A DNA stretch of 64,000 nt from Mobula hypostoma (Eukaryota). Shown here piece by piece: positions 25,407-38,100 of the stretch (position 1 is the first letter of the stretch; each line of letters begins with the position of its first letter). The translations under genes and the position numbers were made by a program. The stretch is from NCBI RefSeq assembly GCF_963921235.1, contig NC_086108.1:38256001-38320000 (forward strand), written 5' to 3'. The notes beneath the pieces are model-generated. The model worked only from the letters and a program-made list of their open reading frames with translations, did not search any database and was not told the origin of the DNA.

Positions 25407-28400
25407 TCATCTAAAGTCTGCTCGCATTGGGGTTATATATTCAATCCATTTATTCCAGATTTGATAAAATGTTTCTTTTTGAGTTCTCAGGGAGTAGGTC
25501 AACTTTTCCATTTTAAATATTTCCAAGATAATTTCGTACCAATCTTCTAATGTAGGTGGTATTAGATTTAACCATTTTCTAGTGATTGATTTCTTACTTG
25601 CCGCTAAGAGGGCCTGCAGCAACTTTATATCTTCCTTCTGTTCAAGGAACAATACATGCCCCAAATAGAGCGTCTCAAAGTTCAGAGGTATCTGGGACCT
25701 AAGTACCTTAACTAATGTTCTATGAATACCTTCCCAAAATAGACTTAATTTAGGTCAATCCCAGAAAATATGAAAATGATTTGCCTCCTTGGAGCCGCAC
25801 CTTCTCCAACACATCACATTTGTATCTTTATATTTTTCCTGATATGGGGTCTTGAAGTATCTTATAATGTTTTTCCAACAATGTTCTCTCCAAGTCAAAG
25901 AATTAGTTGAGGACCATTGAAAGCTGCAGATTTTCCCCCAAGCCTCCTCTGAAAGTACCAACCCCGCTTCTTTCTCCCACTTCTCTTTAATATACAGTGT
26001 ATTTACATTTTTAGCATGGGAGAGTGCATTATATAGGCGAGAAACTGATTTACTAGGTATTGAACTGCAAGCCGAATTCAGAATCTTGAAAAATTCTAAT
26101 TCTACTGTTGTTAGGTCTGTATATCTACAACTCTGGTTAACATAGTTTCGTATTTGAAGGTACCTAAAAAAGTCATTATGTTCTAGGCCATGTTTGTCCT
26201 GTAGGATTTGGAAACTTTGTAATACTCTTTTATCTATAAATGAGAGGTAGGTTGTAAGACCTTTCTTTATCCATAGCTCAAATCTTTTATCTCCTCTGTT
26301 GGGAAGGAATTCGGTATCATATGCACACCATCTAAAGAGTTTTAGCATGTTATTAATTCCAGATGAATTAACCACCTTCTGCCATAGTTGAATGTAAGAT
26401 TTATCCAAGCATTATTAAATTTTTCCAACTGGGCCATCAATCCTTTGTCAGCTATTGAGGCCTGAAGAGGAAAACTGTCAACTAATCCAAATTCTATTTC
26501 CTTCCATCTAGCCTTATATTCCCTATTACACCAATATAACAGAGGGGTTATCTGTGAGGCATAAAAATAATTTCTCAGGCAAGGAAGAACCATACCTCCT
26601 CTTTCCTTCCCTAACTGTAAGGTGTTATATCGAATTCTAGGTTTCCTTCCTTGCCAAATGAAGCGGGAAATCCATTTGTCCCATTCCCTGAATTGATTAT
26701 CATCCACCTCCACTGGTAAAGTACGGAAAAGATATAATAACCGAGGAAGAATATTCATTTTTATAGTATTTATCCTTGAATTTAAACTTAAAAAGGGGAT
26801 AAGATTCCATCTATGCATATCTGCTTTTATCTCTGAGATTAATGGCCCATAATTTACCTGTGACAGTGTTGAAAGATCCTTCGGCAGGGTTATTCCTAAA
26901 TATTTTAATGATTTAGCTTCCCACTTAAGATCGTATGTATCCTGCAATTTTTTGGATGGTGTATAATTTAGGGACATAACCTGCGTTTTCTTTACATTTA
27001 TTTTATAACCTGATATTTTCCCAAAGTCATCCAACAGTGTAAACAATCCTATAAATGATTTTTCTGGTTCACTCAGATAGACCAAAACATCATCTGCAAA
27101 TAACGCCACTTTCTGTTCAATCCCTGCCACCTTGATACCTTTTACGATTTCGCTCTGTCTTATTAGTTGGGCAAGTGGTTCAATATATAGCGCAAAAAAG
27201 AGAGGAGAAATTGGGCATCCCTGTCTAGAGCCTCTCTCTAAAATGGAGTCAGAGAGGTCCCCATTTATCTTAATTCGGGCTGTTGGGCTGTCATACAGAG
27301 TCTGAATTACTTTAATAAACCTTTCTTGAAAGCCGAATCTTCCTAACACTCTGTATAGGAATGCCCAACTAACCGAATCAAAAGCTTTCTCAGCGTCCAA
27401 TCCTACTACCATTGTCTCTGTCTCGTTCTTATTAACCTGTTCTAATATGTGCAGAGTTCTCCTTATGTTGTCCTGTGTTTGTCTTTGTTGAATAAATCCA
27501 GTCTGGTCTAAATGGATTAGGCCAGGTAAAAGCTTTTCCAATCTGCGCGCTAATATAGATGTAAATAGTTTGTAATCTAAATTAAGAACACTAATTGGCC
27601 GATAATTGCCACATTCTAGTTTATCTTTACTCTCTTTAGGAATAACTGAAATAATCGCTTCTCTCCAGGAAGGTGGAGTTTCTCCTCTCTGCAAGATCCA
27701 ATTAAAGGTGTTAAGTAGTAATGGGGCTAACTGTGTCTTCAGGGACTTGTACCATTCTGAGGTAAACCCATCAGAACCCGGGGACTTTCCAGCCTTTAAC
27801 CTAGGGATGGCCGCGTTCAGTTCTTTGACAGTTACTGGTTCTAATAAACTTTCATTTTGTAAATCTGTAAGTTTAGGTAGATCTAAAAAATTCAATACAC
27901 TGTCTATATAGGGCTCACTGGGGGCCCGGGGTTGGGAGTACAGCTCTCGATAATACGTTTCAAAACTCTCTTGAATTTTCCCTATTGTACTCTCCACAAG
28001 CTTTGTCTTTGGATTCTTTATTTTATGAATTGTATTGTCTGCTTGTTGTTTTCGTAATTTATATGCTAATAATCTAGCTGATTTACCTCCTACTTCATAA
28101 TTCTTTTGTCTCAGGTAAAGAAAATTTCTTTGAGTTTCCAACGTATAAATATCATCAATTTCACTTTGCAATTTCCTAATTTCCTGTTTTCGATTTGAAT
28201 TACTTTTGTTGCTATTTCCAACTTGAAGTTGTTTTAATTTTCCTTGAAGGTCTGCTAATTTTTGTGCATTGATTTTTTTCATGTGAGTAGTAATGGAAAT
28301 AATTTTCCCTCTCAGTACAGCTTTCAATGTATCCCATAAAATCACTGGTGATGTTTCTCCCGTGTCATTAAGGTCTAGATATTCTTTGATTTCTCCCCTT

Positions 28401-29191
28401 AATCTCTCCATTACTTTTGGCTTATTAAGTATATGTGAGTTAAGCCTCCATAGTGTTTTCCTCATTTTCCTTTCCAGGATTAGAGACATAGAGACTGGGC
28501 TATGATCCGACAGATCAATTGTTGCAATATTACAGTTTTTTATCCTGAGTCTATCTGTATTAAAGATAAAGAAATAGTCTATCCTTGAATAGGCTGAATG
28601 AGGGAAAGAGTAATATGTATAATCTTTACTAGTAGGGTGTAATTCCCTCCAGACATCTATAATTCCCAACTCCTCCATCAATGAATTCACTTTCCGAGTC
28701 AGAGGTTTATTCTGAGTAACTATTCTTGAAGAATCTAATATAGGATTTAATCTAATATTAAAATCCCCTCCACAAATTACTACCCCTCGAGAACTGACCA
28801 TTAGGTCAAAAATGTGTCTATAAAATGACCATTCACTACCTGGAGGAGCATAAACATTCAGCAATGTTACTTCTGTACCTTCTATTTATCCTGTGATTTT
28901 TACAAACCGTCCTTCTTTGTCTCTAGTCTCTGAAATATGTTCATAATTAAGAGTACTTGATATTAAAGTAGCTACCCCTCTTTTGTGACTCAATTTATAT
29001 GATGAATAAAATACATGCTTAAAACCCATTCTTTTTAATTTTCCATGTTCAGATTGGCTCATATGTGTTTCCTGGAGGAAAGCTATTTGTGCCCTCTCTT
29101 TTTTCAATTTAGACATAATCTTATTTCTTTTAATTGGATTCAAAACCCCATTAACATTATAGGAAATTATTTTTACCAATTCAGTTTGCAT
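25407..29191 (-). pseudogene. Inner L1 ORF2p (APE + RT + Cys-rich C-terminus), a few frameshifts
   Basis: ORFs 28886..29215, 26342..28864 (840 aa; FADD, RQGCPISP), 25755..26408 (CWRRCG...HIFWD), 25407..25664. Confidence 0.93.
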
Positions 29192-29553
29192 TTTTCTCTG
29201 GTAGAAAAAAAGCACTCTCCTTTTCTAACCAAACAGTAAGCAATCCCTTCTCAACAGTAAACCAAGACATATAACCACACCCTAGACATTTCTGAACGTA
29301 TAACATTTGAAAATTTTCCCCGACTTCCCACAGTGAGGCCTGAGCACCGACCCGCCTCAGTTCAGAGGGATAACCTCTATCTTCACCCAGTGTTAGAGGG
29401 CCCTCAGCAGTTTGAATAATCATAGAGAATTTTCTCCTATTTGTGTCTCGACCATATTGCTATCATTCAAGTTATTCCGCCTAGTTTATTTTCAGTTACC
29501 AGTTTTCATTTTACTTTTAAGTCCGATTTACTCTTTTCAGTCATTTCTCTTAA

Positions 29554-30539
29554 TTAATCTGTATTCTCTGTACATTCGCGTCTGAATATTTGCAGCTTTT
29601 CCTTGTAGTTTGACACTCTGGTTCGAGTGGAGCGTCCCCGCCCCACTAACTGCCACGACTTCTGCCGAATCCTCTCCAGTAGCGACTCCGGTTGGGTGAT
29701 AACTTTTATAGGTAGTCCCCAGTCCGCTAGGTCCGACGTTGCCTCCTCCACCGTAGCGTAGGTTTTTGTCCCTTCGTCGTAAAAGACTCTCAGCCGAGCT
29801 GGATACAGGGTCTGGAATCTGATGTTGTTTTCCTTCAGGACTCTCCGTGTTTCCGTATAATCCTTCCGTCTGGCAAGAATCCCCGGTGCATAGTCGTGGT
29901 CTAAACTGATTTTGCAGTTGTTCCACATGAAACCTTTATTTTGCCATGCTCTTTTAAGCACCTCTTCCTTCGTTCTGTAACTGAGAAATCTGACCAGAAT
30001 CGATCTGGGCTGGCGCCTGCCGGAGGCTGTAGTGCCAACGCGCGGTGAGCCCTTTCTATCTGTAGGTCTTTTGCGGCCGGTATATCAAGGTTCTCTCTAA
30101 GCAGCTTCTCCACGAAGGGAATCATCAATCCGGGTTTACCTTCGGTTCCTTCGGGAACTCCGTAGATCCTCACATTTTCCCTTCTCGAGCGGCCTTCTTG
30201 ATCTATTAGTTTCCACTGGAGTTGGTCTTGTAGCTTCAGCATTTCTGCTATCACTTCCTCTGCATTTTGTAGCTTCTCTTCAATTCCAACAATCCTCGCT
30301 TCGGCTTCATCTATCCGCGAGTTAGTTTTTACTATTTCTCCTTTAATATCTTCCAGCTGTTTGCTGTTATCTTGTCGGAACTCGCGAATCTCTCCGAGAA
30401 TCAAAGACAGAGTCACCGATTCCCCCTCATTATCTCCGTCCTGGCTTGCCGTGGGGGAGCTAGGCCCTTCGCCTTGCTGCATCTCTTTATGTTTATCAGC
30501 CTTCAGAGCAGACTTTTTATTCTTGTTCTTAGACATCAT
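29554..30539 (-). pseudogene. Inner L1 ORF1p, one frameshift
   Basis: ORFs 29901..30539 (EGRSRRENVRIYGVPEG, IERAHR) and 29554..29961 (DHDY, LYPARLRV). Confidence 0.9.
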
Positions 30540-32074
30540 CCTTGCCCCTTTTATTAATATAGTTATGCAATATTAAGTATTTGTCTAAATTCGATTTTGG
30601 GGCAGTTTACCTTCTTTTTTGTCGAGAGACCTTTTCCTTACGCCGCCATTCCCTTGATGACCCGGAAGTCCCCCCATATTATTCAACTTTCATCTAAATG
30701 GTTTCCTTTATATTTAACTTTGATTGGTCGTATTAATGCAGTTAAGATTTTTTTTGCCAAAATTTTTATATATATTTCAGGCATTACCAATCTTTGTTCC
30801 AAAATCTTTTTTTGACAAAGTCGACTCTAAAATTTCTTCATTTATTTGGCAAAATAAAAACCCGAGACTGGGTAAAATACATTTACAGAAAGCTAAGAGA
30901 GATGGAGGCTTAGCATTACCTAACTTTAGATTTTATTATTGGGCAATTAATATTCGACATATGAAATTCTGGTTACTTGACCAGGATATAGTCTCCATTC
31001 CTAAATGGGTAGCATTGGAATTACAATCTGTTCAGGGTTATACACTTGGCTCTATTTTAGGTTCCTCTCTTCCTTTTGATTTGAAACGCCTTAAACAGGT
31101 GCCTAACCCGATAGTTAAATATACCTTACGTATTTGGCTTCAATTCAGAAAATTTTTTGATCTTAATCAATTTGGGTTAGCGATTCCTATTTTAGGTAAC
31201 ATATTTTTTTCCTCCCTCTTTTACGGATCGTGCTTTTCAAATTTGGAAGACTAAGGGTATTTCACGGTTTTTGGATTTATTTTTAGATGGTTCCCTTATG
31301 TCTTTTGAACAATTATCTAATAAATATAACTTATCACGAATACATTTTTTTAGATATCTACAAGTTAGAAATTTCCTAAGTACTATACTTTCTTCCTTTC
31401 CAATGCTTCCTCCTACATACATTTTAGATACTATAATTAACCTTAATCCATGTCAGAAAGGTGCATCGGCTATGATTTATAATATTATTATGAAACTTAG
31501 GAAAGCTCCATTTGATAAGATTAGGGTAGATTGGGAACAAGAATTGGGGTTTATCATTTCCGTGGATGACTGGGGGCAGATTTTACAATTAGTCAATACT
31601 TCCTCTATCTTTGCTAAACATTCCCTAATTCAATTTAAAGTTGTTCATAGAGCACATATGTCCAAAGATAAATTAGCGCGCTTTTATTCTCATATTAATC
31701 TTTTTTGTGATAGATGTCCGGGGCAGATAGCCTCTTTAACTCATATGTTTTGGTCTTGCCCTACTCTGGAAACTTTTTGGAGAGACATTTTTAATATTAT
31801 CTCCAAGGTATTGAATATAGATATCTCTCCTTACCTTATTACTGCTATCTTTGGACTACCTAAAATTTCCAGTAATCTTTCCCCTTCAGCCCGTAGAATG
31901 ATTGCATTTCTTACTTTAATGGCGAAAAGATGTATCTTACAACATTGGAAAGAGCTTAATGCTCCAACTACCTTTTTTTGGTTTTCTCAGATGATATTAT
32001 GCTTGAATTTGGAAAAAATTAGAAGCAATCTTTATGATTCTTCACTTAAATTTGAACAGACCTGGAGATCTTTT

Positions 32075-32110
32075 AGTCCTGACGAAGGGTCTCGGCCTGA
32101 AACGTCGACT
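32075..32110 (+). ncRNA. Minimal type I hammerhead ribozyme motif
   Basis: AGTC-CTGACGA-AGG(GTCTCGG)CCT-GAAA-CG-TC/GACT: stem I AGTC/GACT, intact core, palindromic ACGT stem III, GUC cleavage triplet. Confidence 0.75.
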
Positions 32111-32207
32111 GCGCCTCTTCCTATAGATGCTGCCTGGCCTGCTGCGTTCACCAGCAACTTTGATGTGTGTTGCTTGAATTTCCAGCATCTGCAGAATTCC
32201 TGTTGTT
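32076..32207 (+). mobile_element. 132-bp Penelope-derived insert with hammerhead motif
   Basis: Perfect 13-bp TSD TGGAGATCTTTTA (32063-75, 32208-20); matches the 3' end of the Penelope element at 54007-54141. Confidence 0.92.
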
Positions 32208-33499
32208 TGGAGATCTTTTATTCAATATTTTCATTTAATGTAATATATACCCTTCTTGTTTTTTTTTACTGTTTTTAATGGAGGTCGGGATTGAGGACGT
32301 GATTTTAAGTTTTTTTAACTCTGTTTGGTTTCAAGTTAGCCCATTGCTTTGCTTTGCTTTTAGTTAGTTGCACGGTGGTTTTTTTTGGGGGGGGTTTCCT
32401 TTTCTATTGATATATATATAAAAATTAGTATACTATTATGTTACCTTGGTACGTTATGTTTAAATTACATTGTTTGTAGTATTTTTATCAGAAAGACACG
32501 GCGTCTAGATCCCATTTCTATGCCTTCGATTTTAGGAATTTTACCTGTATTTTGGAAATACTTTGTGTTTTAGAAATCAATTGTAATTTGGAAGTGCTTT
32601 ATAATATAGAAAATTTCTGTGAGTTTTAAATGTCTTTTAAGAATTTTATCTAAGCTTATACATGCAGCACTAAACATAAATGAACTGTATTTAAACTACT
32701 TTGTTAACACGAAGTATTTTCTCATTGGTAGGGAAAGGGGACCTACTGCTGAAATAGTGGTTAAACTTGCTGTGGAGGATAAACAGCAAAGTGATATAGT
32801 CTTTGAAGAGTAGGTGGCTGCAGTATAATCTCCCTTTAGTGAGGGTACCTGTAGCTATCCATTTCTTAAGATTTTCATTTGAATTCTGAACTTTGTGTAC
32901 AGCATACCCAATACCATCACACAACCACAGGACAGGCCCCCATTCTCCAGCTTTCAGACACTGGGCTTTGACCAACAGACTTCCAATCAACCTTGGACTT
33001 TCATCTTCAGTATTGACCCCCTGGACTAGCCAATAATGAGATCCTGAACGCTAGGCCCCCCCAACACATTGGCCCCCTTGTGCCTCCTTCTCGCATGGAT
33101 ATTTAATCCCAGGACCCACCAAAATGGGATAACTCAACATCCATGGATGTCCTTTGTCACTCTTCCATGTCACTGACCTTGATATGGCACCAGCGACCAA
33201 CACGACTAATGGTGATGTCCTGCAGACAGTTCACAAAACTACTTCTCTTCTTAAGTATACTTCTACTACTAATCAGTGTGCAACTGGAGCATGGAATTTA
33301 AATTTGGTAATGTGCTTTTGGGCCAACTGAGCAATCTAATGCTTTTGCCGTCGCTGGGGGAACTTGGCGTGGTCATGAGCAAAGTTGAGAATGGTGTGTG
33401 CAGCATAATGGCAGAATACAAGCCCATGATTGGCTCCAATTCTCAACCAACTCACCGTTAAAGTGTCAAGCAAGATTGAAATCAACGAGGATGAGAGCA

Positions 33500-34010
33500 G
33501 AAGGCGAATGGGTGCTCAGCACCGCCTGCTTGTGTTTATCTGGTCTCCCTCTGTGCTCACATGCTGCTGATGGAGGACTGTGCAGGAACATTGGGTCTCG
33601 GGCAAAGTTTGTGGATTGAACTCTTTTCTTTTAAAAAGAGAATTCCGCAGTTCATGTTACATGCGTTCCCGGCTACTCCAATTTTTTATTGCTACTTTAT
33701 GCAATTTTGATTGGGGCGGACTAGTTCTGCATCTTGCAGTCAAAGAATGACACAGCCCTAAATCAAACTGAACTGAACATTACTAGACTGCTTCAAGGAT
33801 TCTGGTTCGATGTTTAATATTATGCTTATTATTCACTTGTTTTTTGCCATTTGCAAGATTTGTTCTTTTTTTGCACGTTAGGTGTTTGATGTTTTCTGTG
33901 AACGGATTCCATGGTGTTTCTTTGCTTCACAGCTGTCTATGGGAAGATGAACCTCAAGGCTATACACTGCATACTTACTTTGATAATAAATGTACTTTTA
34001 ACTTTGGATT
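33500..34010 (+). mobile_element. Degraded non-autonomous retroposon with Rex-type 3' end
   Basis: Ends GAAGATGAACCTCAAGG...TACTTTGATAATAAATGTACTTTTAACTTTG, the tail family seen elsewhere in the window. Confidence 0.55.
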
Positions 34011-34339
34011 GGAAACCGTCCACATCACTAGACTTTGAGTGCAGAGCAGTGGCTTAGACTCTAGCTTGACCTCTAGCTTCCCCATATCCCGGTCCCTAGA
34101 CCTTAACCTGACTTCTAGCTGCTCTGTATCCCTGTGCCTAACCTCCAATCTGGTCCCACCCACCTTCTGTCTCCATAACCAATAAAACAACTATGGCTGA
34201 GCTGTGACCTCGACAGAGACTGCAGCTCAGTGCCATCTTGACTGGTTTCCAGACACTTCATTTCTAATACACCTCATTATGTAGCTATTTCCACTAGTAC
34301 ACTCCTCTCCCACTAGGGAAAAAATCTCAGAATCGACCC

Positions 34340-34720
34340 TGTTGAGCTTCTGATGGCAATGGTCCCTAGTAATGGATGCCACTTTCCTGAGGCAACTCTT
34401 CCTGAAGATGTCCTCGAAGATGCTGAGGGTTGTGCCCATGATGAAACTGTCTGAATCTACAAGCCTCTCAGCCTTTTATAATGTTATACATTGGAGCTGT
34501 GATGTAAACTGTCAGAATCCACCACAATCAAAAAAAATTACCTGTCTTTGGTAATTATTGAACATCCTCAAACTATGAATAAAGTAGAGGCACTGGTGTG
34601 TATCACTGCGTTGGGTGTAGGATTGATCTTTGAACATCTCAGAGGATCTAAGTAAAGTTATTATCGAAGTTACCAGAAATTACTTTGACACTCACTTGCC
34701 TGCAGATCTAACACATGGTT
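34340..34720 (-). mobile_element. Rex1/Babar fragment
   Basis: GTTLSIFEDIFRKSCLRKVASITRD resembles 7745..8146. Confidence 0.6.
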
Positions 34721-35104
34721 TAAGAATTTTACTGCTACGCTGCAGGTATTTTGTTTCAGCAGTTCTGCAAGAGCAGTCTGTTCTGCTTTTAGCATGTTCG
34801 GTTTTGAGCTAAAGATAAGGGGCTATGTTGTTCAACCTAGGAATGTTGTGTCAGCCAATCAGGATGGTGGTATTGGGAGACGGTTCTAGAGAATGCTGGG
34901 CAGAGAGAGTTTATGTGATGGACACTGGTGTGGGTAAAGATCTTTATGGTGAGAGCAGGGAGAAGACAGGAGAGAAGATGCTGTGGATGTCGTCCCTGTT
35001 GCACGAGGTGCTTTGTGCAGATGAACGGCTTCAAGGAGGAGGACCAATACTCCCTTAAGGGGATTGGGGTTCAGGTGAGTGAGACATCCCACTTTTCCGG
35101 TTTT

Positions 35105-38100
35105 GGTGGGGAGCGTGGTGGAGAGGGGAGAGTGGGAGAGAGAGGGGAGAGGAGGTGAGGGGATAGAGGGAGTAGAGGGGGAAAGGAACAGAGGGTAGGG
35201 GAGAGATGGGGAGAAAGGGCAGAGAGAGGCGAAAGAGAGGGGGAGAGAGGGGAGAGTGGGGAAGAGGAGGAAAGGGGGAGAGGGGGGAAAGAGGGGGAGA
35301 GAGGGAACAGGGGCGAGAGGAGAAGGGGAGAGGGGAGAGGGAGAGGGGAGAGAGGGGATGAGAGGGGGAGAAAGGGGATGAGAGGGGGAGAGAGGGAGAG
35401 TGAGGGGGAGGGGGATGAGAGAGAATGGAGAGAGAGGGGTGGAAGAGAGGGGGCAACAGGGGGAGAGAGGGGGGAGAGAGGGGAAAAAGGAAAAGGGAAG
35501 GGAAGAGGGAAGGGAGGTGATAGAGTGGGGGAGGGGGAGGGAGAGGGGAGCGGGGAGAGGGGGAGGGGAGGGCGAGAGGGTGCAGGGCAGGAGAAGGGTG
35601 GAGAGGGGGGAGGGAGAGGGGGAGAGAGGGAAAGTGAGGGGGAGAGGGGATGAGAGAGGAATGAGAAAGAGTGGAGAGAGAGGGGTGGAAGAGAGGGGGC
35701 AACAGGGGTAGAGGGGGGAGAGAGGGGGAAAAGGAAAAGGGAAGGGAAGAGGGAAGGGAGTCGAGAGACTGGGGAGAGGGAAAGGAGGGGACGGGGGAGT
35801 GAGGGGAAGGGGAGAGGTTGAGAGGGGTTAGAGGGAAATGGAGGTGAGATGGGGATGGGGCAGATGGGGGAGATGTGGAAATGGGGAAGAAGAGGGAAGA
35901 GAGAGGAAGAGTGGAGGGGAGATGGAGAGAGAGGGGGGCGAGAGGGCTGAGAGAGAGGGGGAGAGGGCAGTTAGTGGGGGTAAGAGGGGGAGAGAGGAGA
36001 AAAGGAGTGGGGAGGGGGAATGGGAAGGGGAAGGGAGTGTGAAGGGAAGGGGAAGGGAGTGTGAAGGGAGGGGGAAGTGCAGGGGAGAGTGGGGAGAGGG
36101 ACCAGAGGGGGGAGAGGGGGGAAAGGGGGAAGAGGGGCAGAGAGGAATTGAGAGAGGGGGTGAGAGGGAGGTTGAAGAGAGGGGTGAAGAGAAGGGTGAA
36201 GGGGAAGGGCAAAGAGGGGAAGATGTAGAAGAGGCAGAGGGGGAGGGGAAGAGGAAGGAAGTGGGGGAAGTTGGGAAGGAGAAGCGGTAGAGGGGCAGAA
36301 GGAGGAAGAGGAGGGGGAGGAAGAGGGGTTAATGGGAAAAGGTTGGAAGAGGGGGAAAGATGGATGGGGAAGGGGGATGGGGAGATGGGGGCGTAGGGCA
36401 GAAGAGGGGGAGAGAAGAAGGTTGAGAAGTGGGGGAGATAGGGGAGAAGTGGTGAAGGGCGGGAGGGGGCAGAAAAGGGGTTTGGTGGGTAGAGGTGGCA
36501 GAGACGGGAAAGTGGGGAGGGAGGAGAGGGAGATGGGGAGAGGGATGGAGAAGGGGTAGAGGCGGGAGAGGGTGAAGAGGGAATAGTGGATAGAGGGGAG
36601 AGAGGGGTGTGCGGGGGAGGAGAGAGAGGGGGAATGGGAGAGCGGAATGGGAGAGGGGAAGGGAGGGTGAAGGGGGAATTGAGGGAGAATGGAGAGGGAA
36701 TGGAGGGGGAAAGGAGGGGGAAGAGGTGGAAGAGGGAGAAGGGGAAGAGGGAATGGTGAAGGGGAAGCAGTTGGGAAGAGGGAGAAGGGGTGGATGGGGG
36801 AAGAATGGGAGAGGGAGAAGGGGAGGGGGAGTAGGGGGTGAAGGGTGGGATAGTGGGTGGAGGGGGAGAAGGTGGGAAGAGGCAGTAGAGGGGCGAAGGG
36901 GAGAATGGGGAGAGTGTGAAAGAGGGGGAAGGGGGAAGACTGGGGAAGAGGGGGAAGGGGAGAGGATGTGAAGGGGAAGAGGGAGGAAGAGGAGAAGTGG
37001 GGATGGGAGAAAGAGGGGAGAGGAGAAGGGGAAGGGGAGGGTGGAGGAAGGGAGGGGAAGAGGGTGGAAGAGGGTTGAAGGGGAAAGAGGTTGGGAAGAG
37101 GCGGAAAGGGGGGATGTGAGAGATCTGGAGAGAGGGATGAGAAAAAGAGGGGAGAGGGGGTGAAAGAAAGGGGGAAGAGAGGAGGGGCAAGGAGGCGAGG
37201 GGAAACAGGGGGAGAGATGGGGAGAGGTATATGGGGGAGATTGGGATGAGATGGGGAGATGGGGGAAGAGGGCGAGGGAGAATGGGGAGATTAGAGAAGG
37301 TAGACAGGGAAAGAGGGGTGAGAGAATAGGAAGAGAGGAGGAGGGAGAATGCAATATGGTGGAAGGGGAAAGGAGAGAAAGGGGAGAGAAGAGGGGGAGA
37401 GGGGAGGGGGAGAGGGGAGGGGGAGAGGGGAGGGGGAGAGTGGAGGGGGAGAGAAAGGGGGAGAGGGGGAGAGAGACGGGGAGAGAGAGGGAGAGGGGGA
37501 GGAAAAAGAGTGGGGGAGAGGGGAAGGGAGGGGTTAGGGAGGGGGGAATGGAGGGCGAAGGGATGGGGAAGGGAGGGGCGAAGGGAGAGGGGAATGGAGG
37601 GGGAATGGAGGGAGAAGAGGGGGAAGGGGTGGTTGGGAAATGCGGGAAGTCGTGGGTGGGGAAGAGTGGGAGGGGGAGAAGGGGAGAAAGGGGGTGGGTA
37701 GTGGCGGTAGAGGGGCAAAGGGGCAGAGGTGGGAGAGGGAGAGAGTGGTGTAAAGAGGTGGGAAAGGGGGAAGAGTGAGAGAGGGGTGAGAGGTTGAAGA
37801 GAGGGGTGAAGAGGGGAGGAGGTGAAGAAGGGGAAGAGGGGACGAGGGGAAGAGGGAAAGAGGGGAAGAAGGGAAAAGGGGAAAAGAGGAAGAGAGGGAA
37901 AGAAGAAGAGGAGAAGGGGAAGAGGGGGAAGAGGGAGGTGGGGGGAAGTGGGAATGGGAGAGGGGGGAACGGGGAGAAGAGGAAGAGCAGGGGGAGGGAA
38001 GAGGGGTGAATTTGAAGACGTTGACAGGTGGGGAGAAGGGGGAGAGGGGGTGAAGGGGAGAAGGTGGGTAGAGGCAGGAGAGAGAGGAAAGGGGGAGGGA

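Larger units (their letters stand above)
24916..30675 (-). mobile_element. Full-length L1-clade LINE (inner element, different family), antisense
   Basis: 5' end GGGGGACTTCCGG at ~30675; ORF1 and ORF2 present; short poly(A) (T8 at 24916-23); TSD (cc)atattattcaactttc at 24898-24915 and 30674-30691. Confidence 0.95.
30692..32243 (+). pseudogene. Outer L1 ORF2p 3' part
   Basis: SSKWFPLYLTLIGRINAVKI, GGLALPNFRFYYWA, CDRC...HMFWSC; removing the 132-bp insert and one TSD copy gives ...TWRSFIQYFHLM*. Confidence 0.9.
20849..32490 (+). mobile_element. L1-clade LINE (outer element), 5'-complete, carrying two nested insertions
   Basis: Starts GGGACTTCCGG; ORF1 ~21003-21830; T-rich spacer; ORF2 22547-24915 resumes at 30692 and ends at 32243; 3' end uncertain (~32490). 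Confidence 0.93.

Noticed and set aside
34741..35090. LTR-like fragment next to the polypurine tract
   Set aside because: CCAAT box and LTR-like composition only; no termini or TSD.
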